Part shown: positions 57,781-64,000 of the stretch, piece by piece
How the letters are laid out: each line of letters opens with the position of its first letter
Position numbering within the stretch: position 1 is the first letter of the stretch
From: Macrostomum lignano
Lineage: Eukaryota
Assembly: GCA_002269645.1 (NCBI GenBank)
Contig: NIVC01002392.1
Coordinates: 62,001-126,000, forward strand
Direction of reading: 5' to 3'
Length of the DNA stretch: 64,000 nucleotides
Notes under the pieces: model-generated
Told to the model about the DNA's origin: nothing
Databases searched by the model: none
What the model saw: only the letters and a program-made list of their open reading frames with translations
Made by a program: the position numbers and the translations under genes

Positions 57781-59296
57781 ATGGTTACTTCACTTCGAAA
57801 AAGGTATATGTACATACATGTAGAATTAATACAATTTGTAGGAATGTAGCATTTGCTATTTGATAAATGATGAGTTTTAATTTCTTTCTTTTGTGGGCTT
57901 TAAGTCTTAATTATTTTTCAACATATTTTTGCAAGAAAGTTAAGAAAAACAAAATTAACATAATTAACTCAGATTTATGATTTATGTATACTGCACATCT
58001 ATTAAATCTAATTATTCCAGATGTACCCAGGTTATCTGCTCAGAAATTAGACAGCTCAAGCTAGCCTACCTGCTCAGCTTTCCTCCGTTCATTCGCAACC
58101 AATTGCACGATATGATGTCGCGTCGCTCGCTCACTGGCTCAGACAGCCTTCTCGCGGCTCAGCTGGTCACCTGGGCTACTCAGCGAGTAGACTGGAGCAA
58201 CTTTGATGAAATCACAGACGAATGCGTGCAACACTTGTCCGCCTGCAAGTCGCTGCAATCGTTGAATCTTAACGCTATGAAGGGCAGTCGCGAGGTTCCG
58301 ACAGAGAAAATACTTCTAACCGTGTTGCCTCATCTGGCCAACCTGCGCGAGGTTCAGCTGCGTCGCTGCAGCCAGGTGGGTTTCGTTTGGGTTTTGTTTC
58401 TACTCCGTGTGAATAGATGTGACACTCGGGTGGGATTCATATCCCAACATCCGTGAGTTTCAGGACAGAAGCTGTGTGCATCATACGATGCTCGTTAGAT
58501 GGACCAGAGGAATTTAGACTGGATATCCCACAGACATTCGGGTCCACATGGATCTCCCACGGATCCACAAGGATAGCCAACAGGAGGCATTCGGGTCCAC
58601 ATGGATAGCCCACAGCAGGCATTCGGATCCACATGGACATCCCACTGATCCACATGGATAGCCCACAGGAGACATTCGGATCCACATGGATATCCCACAG
58701 GAGACATTCGGATCCACATGGATATCCCACAGGAGGCATTCGGTTCCACATGGATATCCCACAGGAGGCATTGGGATCCACATGGATATCCCACGGATCC
58801 ACATGGATAGCCCACAGGAGACATTCGGATCCACATGGATATCCCACAGGAATCATTCGAACTCTCACTGTCCCGCACCCGTCGCTTCGAACCGAAGGTG
58901 ACCGACTCAGTGGTGGACGCCCTGACCGCAGCGTCGGGCCGGCGCCTGCGGGTGCTGAACCTGCAGGGCTGCTCCAGCTGCACCGACGCCAGCCTCCGCC
59001 ACATCGCGGAGAGGTGCCGCTGCCTCGGCAGCCTCAACCTGAGCGGCTGCAGCATCACGGATAAAGGTGTCGCCATCTTGGCCGCCTCGCCATTGAGCAA
59101 GCTGCTCAGCGAACTGCAGATTAACCAGTGCGTCTCCATCACTGACGCCAGCATCCGCTGTCTGGTGGACTCTTGCCCTAAGCTCAGCATTCTCACCTTC
59201 ACCAACTGCCCTCTGCTTACGGTGGAGTCTCGAATAGCCCTGGAAACGATGCAGAACCGAGGCAAAATGAAGCAACTGTTCTGGACTGTGTACTGA
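57781..59296 (+). CDS. AMN1: AMN1 homolog (leucine-rich-repeat protein), 258 aa
   Basis: Exons 57781..57803, 58021..58375 and 58898..59296 with matching phases (2 and 0). MVTSLRKR|CTQVI...PPFIRNQL...LQSLNLNAMKG...LRRCSQ|VTD...LNLQGC...TDASL...CPLLT..SRIALE...KMKQLFWTVY*. The LKQxxWTVY-type C-terminus and LRR pattern match AMN1. Confidence 0.9.
58515..58850. repeat. Minisatellite, 32-nt unit GGATCCACATGGATATCCCACAGGAGACATTC with partial units, AMN1 intron 2
   Basis: About 10 units. Confidence 0.92.
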
Positions 59297-59802
59297 CACC
59301 GTACACAATTCCGCTAAATGCTTTCTGCGAATTATTTCGACAGTTCTTGGTCTCGATTAGCTCTCTGAATAGAACACTTTAGTAATTTAGTAACCTAATT
59401 GCTAATACTATTTTTGTCTCATAATTGTACCTACTGTCTCCACAGTTCAAAAGCTATTTGAACGCTTTTTTCTTAGAAGCTTTTGTTTCTAAGAAATGTG
59501 TGCCCAATTTACGAGCAAAACAAAGACTTTTAGAAACCGTTAAACCGTCAACGCATAAATCATGCTTTGCGTGACAATTTATTCCAGAAAATATTGCGCA
59601 TCTACATGTAACCGGTGGCGATTGACCATATTTTTCACTTTCTACAGCAGCTCCCAGTCAATCAATGAAGTGATCCAGATTGCACAAATAAAAACTTTCT
59701 ACTGTTAAAAACATTATTTTTCTTTTCTTTTTGTAACCGTTAGGCTACTAACAGTAGTTGTAAAGTTTATTTCGTTTTTTAATATTATTTACTGTTATAT
59801 CT

Positions 59803-59865
59803 TAGCGGCAAACGCGTCTGACTCTCGCGCCACGACCCCTGGTTCGATTCCCTGCGCGGCCAACA
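59803..59865 (+). other. tRNA-like fragment, probably a 5'-truncated SINE head
   Basis: TAGCGGCAAACGCGTCTGACTCTCGCGCCACGACCCCTGGTTCGATTCCCTGCGCGGCCA has a B box GGTTCGATTCC at about 59841, but no 5' acceptor-stem strand. Confidence 0.35.
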
Positions 59866-60584
59866 TTCATTTGGGGGCTTGTAGTGCACGAAAATTAGCC
59901 GAGGCCGTTGTCATGCGATTCACAGCCATGACGGCCAACCTCCAAGGCACAGACAGTGTACATGCCTGATGATTTGACAGTCGTATTAATACGTGCCTGC
60001 GTACAGTATCTTATTGGCCCTCAGGTATGTGCTCTCAGGAGTCAGCAGAATGGGCAGAATCATCTCATCAGAGCTGGTTGTGTGGCCACAACGCCTCCTG
60101 CAATTATTGTTATTCCATGAATGAATGAACGGAGTGGGACAAGTGGAACAACAAAACTACATGTATCTCAGATTGGCATTGAAATTCGTTAACCCTTCCT
60201 CTGTTCTATGGTTCTGGGCAATGATCTGAAGGCCCGAAACTCCGCGTGGACTGCGGCCCGAATCGCTACACACAGTTTGCGTTCATCCGCTTATCAGCCA
60301 ATGAAAAGCCTCTCGGAGGCAGAGCTAGGAGAAATCGAATGCAAGAAAAAGAGGATTTTCGGGGTGTACATTTCCCTAAGATTCAGCATAAATGGGGATG
60401 CAGATGAAGAAGCATCATCCATCCAGCATCTTCTTCATCAATTATTAAAGCCAGCCTGCGGCCTCCTTTATCGTAGGTACTATCAATAAATTCTTGCAGC
60501 ATGCGCTGCTGCACTTTCTGGTGAAGGCCGTGAGGTGAGGGACTTCCGCAACCCCAGCTGCTGCAGTCGAACTGAACGCTTCCG

Positions 60585-61292
60585 ATGCCTCAGCAGGGCT
60601 GGAGCTGCCTGCAGCGTTTCCTGTCCGAGGGCCACTTCCGGCAGAACGCCTGGACCCTGCTGGCCCTGGCCGCCAGCCTCATCGCCGCTGACGCGCTGCA
60701 GTTCCTCGCCTGCTTCCTGCCAGCCAGCGCGTCGGCCTGTCTGGAGCTGTACAGCCGGCCCGGCGACGCCGCCCTCCGAGTGCTGGCGCTGCCGCTGGCG
60801 CCGGCGCTACTGGCGCCAGGCAGCCTCAGCCTGCTGGCCGCCACCCGGTCGCCCAGTTTGTCCGGCTGCGCCTGGCGCTCGTGCTGTCTGGCGCTGCCGG
60901 CCGCCGCCTGCCTGCTGGCCGCCGCGGTCAGCAAAGTCGCCGACCAGGCCACCATCCGTCTGCGCGCCGAGGCGGCCAGCGACTCGGCCGGAGCCGCCGC
61001 CGCGCTGGCCAACCTGGCCGGACTGACGCTCTGCGTGGCCGGCGACTGCCTGCTGCTGGTCTTTCTGGCCATGCAGGCCTGCGTCGCTCGAAGCTGGCAG
61101 CGGCGTCGGCGGCGTCGGAGATGCGTCGGCGGCTCAGCGGCTGGGCGGCGGCTGGAGGAGGATTTCTTGGATGACGGAGATGAGGCGGCGGCGGAGGCTG
61201 AAGATTTTTTTCGGCTGCCGGCGAGAGAAGACGACGGGACGCCTGACGATCTGGGGGCGAGGCTGGCGAGGTCGCCTGCGACAGCGTTGTGA
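60585..61292 (+). CDS. Uncharacterised Ala/Leu/Cys-rich protein with about four hydrophobic segments and an acidic C-terminal tail, 235 aa
   Basis: Non-repetitive GC-rich ORF with coding-like third-position G/C similar to the other genes here. Hydrophobic stretches WTLLALAASLIAADALQFLACFL, LRVLALPLAPALLAPGSLSLLAA, CLALPAAACLLAAAV and LANLAGLTLCVAGDCLLLVFLAM are followed by an RRRRRRR stop-transfer cluster. No family recognised. Confidence 0.6.
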   Translation: MPQQGWSCLQRFLSEGHFRQNAWTLLALAASLIAADALQFLACFLPASASACLELYSRPGDAALRVLALPLAPALLAPGSLSLLAATRSPSLSGCAWRSCCLALPAAACLLAAAVSKVADQATIRLRAEAASDSAGAAAALANLAGLTLCVAGDCLLLVFLAMQACVARSWQRRRRRRRCVGGSAAGRRLEEDFLDDGDEAAAEAEDFFRLPAREDDGTPDDLGARLARSPATAL

Positions 61293-61331
61293 CTCAATCG
61301 GAACTGGCCTGACAAGCCTGGGCGCCACTGG

Positions 61332-64000
61332 ATGTCAGGGATAGGAGTCATGCAGTGTCAGGGATAGGAGTCATGCAGTGTCAGACACAGGAGTCATGCA
61401 GTGTCAGACATAGGATTCATGCAGTGTCAGACATAGGAGTCATGCAGTGTCAGACATAGGAGTCATGGGATGTCAGTGATAGGAGTCATGCAGTGTCAGA
61501 CATAGGAGTCATGTAGTGTCAGGGATAGGAGTCATGCAGTGTCAGACATAGGAGTCATGCAGTGTCAGACATAGGAGTCATGTAGTGTCAGGGATAGGAG
61601 TCATGCAGTGTCAGACATAGGAGTCATGTAGTGTCAGGGATAGGAGTCATGCAGTGTCAGGGATAGGAGTCATGCAGTGTCAGACATAGGAGTCATGCAG
61701 TGTCAGACATAGGAGTCATGCAGTGTCAGACAAAGGAGTCATACAGTGTCAGACATAGGAGTCATGCAGTGTCAGACAAAGGAGTCATGAAGTGTCAAAC
61801 ATACGAGTCATGTAGTGTCAGACAAAGGAGTCATGCAGTGTCAGAGATAAGAGTCATGCAGTGTCAGAGATAGGAGTCATGCAGTGTCAGAGATAAGAGT
61901 CATGCAGTGTCAGGGATAGGAGTCATGTAGTGTCAGGGATAGGAGTCATGCAGTGTCAGGGATAGGAGTCATGCAGTGTCAGGGATAGGAGTCATGCAGT
62001 GTCAGACATAAGAGTCATGTAGTGTCAGGGATAGGAGTCATGCAATGTCAGACACAGGAGTCATGTAGTGTCAGGGATAGGAGTCATGCAGTGTCAGAGA
62101 TAGGAGTCATGCAGTGTCAGGGATAGGAGTCATGGGATGTCGAGGATGGGAGTCATGGTATGTCAGGGATGGGAGTCATGCAGTGTCAGGGATAGGAGTC
62201 ATGTAGTGTCAGGGATAGGAGTCATGCAGTGTCAGGGATAGGAGTCATGCAGTGTCAGACATAGGAGTCATGCAGTGTCAGACATAGGAGTCATGCAGTG
62301 TCAGACATAGGAGTCATACAGTGTCAGACATAGGAGTCATGCAGTGTCAGACAAAGGAATCATGAAGTGTCAGACATAGGAGTCATGTAGTGTCAGACAA
62401 AGGAGTCATGCAGTGTCAGAGATAAGAGTCATGCAGTGTCAGAGATAGGAGTCATGCAGTGTCAGAGATAGGAGTCATGCAGTGTCAGAGATAGGAGTCA
62501 TGCAGTGTCAGACATAGGAGTCATGGGATGTCGGTGATAGGAGTCATGCAGTGTCAGGGATAGGAGTCATGCAGTGTCAGGGATAGGAGTCATGCAGTGT
62601 CAGGGATAGGAGTCATGGGATGTCGAGGATGGGAGTCATGGTATGTCAGGGATGGGAGTCATGCAGTGTCAGGGATAGGAGTCATGTAGTGTCAGGGATA
62701 GGAGTCATGCAGTGTCAGACATAGGAGTCATGCAGTGTCAGACATAGGAGTCATGCAGTGTCAGACATAGGAGTCATGCAGTGTCAGACATAGGAGTCAT
62801 GCAGTGTCAGACATAGGAGTCATGCAGTGTCAGACATATGAGTCATGTAGTGTCAGACATAGGAGTCATGCAGTGTCAGACATAGGAGTCATGCAGTGTC
62901 AGACATAGGAGTCATGCAGTGTCAGACATAGGAGTCATGGGATGTCAGTGATAGGAGTCATGCAGTGTCAGGGATAGGAGTCATGCAGTGTCAGGGATAG
63001 GAGTCATGTAGTGTCAGGGATAGGAGTCATGCAGTGTCAGGGATAGGAGTCATGCAGTGTCAGACACAGGAGTCATGCAGTGTCAGGGATAGGAGTCATG
63101 CAGTGTCAGGGATAGGAGTCATGTAGTGTCAGGGATAGGAGTCATGCAGTGTCAGAGATAGGAGTCATGCAGTGTCAGGAATAGGAGTCATGGGATGTCG
63201 AGGATGGGAGTCATGGTATGTCAGGGATGGGAGTCATGCAGTGTCAGGGATAGGAGTCATGTAGTGTCAGGGATAGGAGTCATGCAGTGTCAGACATAGG
63301 AGTCATGCAGTGTCAGACATAGGAGTCATGCAGTGTCAGACATAGGAGTCATGCAGTGTCAGACAAAGGAGTCATACAGTGTCAGACATAGGAGTCATGC
63401 AGTGTCAGACAAAGGAGTCATGAAGTGTCAGACATACGAGTCATGTAGTGTCAGACAAAGGAGTCATGCAGTGTCAGAGATAAGAGTCATGCAGTGTCAG
63501 AGATAGGAGTCATGCAGTGTCAGAGATAAGAGTCATGCAGTGTCAGAGATAAGAGTCATGCAGTGTCAGAGATAGGAGTCATGCAGTGTCAGAGATAAGA
63601 GTCATGGGATGTCGAGGATGGGAGTCATGGTATGTGAGGGATGGGAGTCATGTAGTGTCAGGGATAGGAGTCATGCAGTGTCAGAAATAGGAGTCATGCA
63701 GTGTCAGACATAGGAGTCATGCAGTGTCAGACATAGGAGTCATGCAGTGTCAGACAAAGGAGTCATACAGTGTCAGACATAGGAGTCATGCAGTGTCAGA
63801 CAAAGGAGTCATACAGTGTCAGACATAGGAGTCGTGCAGTGTCAGACAAAGGAGTCATACAGTGTCAGACATAGGAGTCATGCAGTGTCAGACAAAGGAG
63901 TCATACAGTGTCAGACAAAGGAGTCATGCAGTGTCAGAGATGGGAGTCATGCAGTGTCAGGGATAGGAGTCATGCAGTGTCAGAGATAAGAGTCATGGGA
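61332..64000. repeat. Minisatellite, 23-nt unit GTCATGCAGTGTCAGACATAGGA, over 115 copies, runs off the window
   Basis: Marker variant GGGATGTCGAGGATGGGAGTCATGGTATG recurs at about 62135, 62618, 63193 and 63607, showing 400-600-nt block duplications. Confidence 0.97.

Overview
Eukaryotic (animal) genomic DNA. GC-rich exons with poly-Q/poly-A/poly-P tracts are separated by introns and intergenic spacers packed with minisatellites. The style resembles the free-living flatworm Macrostomum, which is inference only. I could assemble eight recognisable genes at GT-AG junctions: the 3' end of a D2-like dopamine receptor (+), PRKX (-), spastin (-), a ZNF541/TRERF1-family C2H2-ELM2-SANT factor (-), DDX28 (-), PPIL4 (-), BUD31 (-, intronless) and AMN1 (+). 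There is also an orphan multi-TM ORF (+). Other elements are three copies of one tRNA-derived CORE-like SINE, a decayed second SINE, a nested pair of non-autonomous hAT elements, and about 30 distinct tandem arrays, most with 16-67 nt units. Most long ORFs in the supplied track are artefacts of these arrays. The most interesting signals are: (1) a 1.45 kb array whose 32-nt unit is a complete mini-intron (GTRAG donor, CTAAC branch point, pyrimidine tract, CAG) lying between two spliceosome genes; (2) recurrent CpA/TpG->TpA and CpG->TpG/CpA/TpA changes across many independent repeats, plus a sharply bounded CpG-poor block, suggesting a methylation- or RIP-like mutator acting on repeats; (3) 11 of 15 introns each carry their own minisatellite, many with short AG|GT-type direct repeats at both junctions. 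All counts were made by eye and are approximate.
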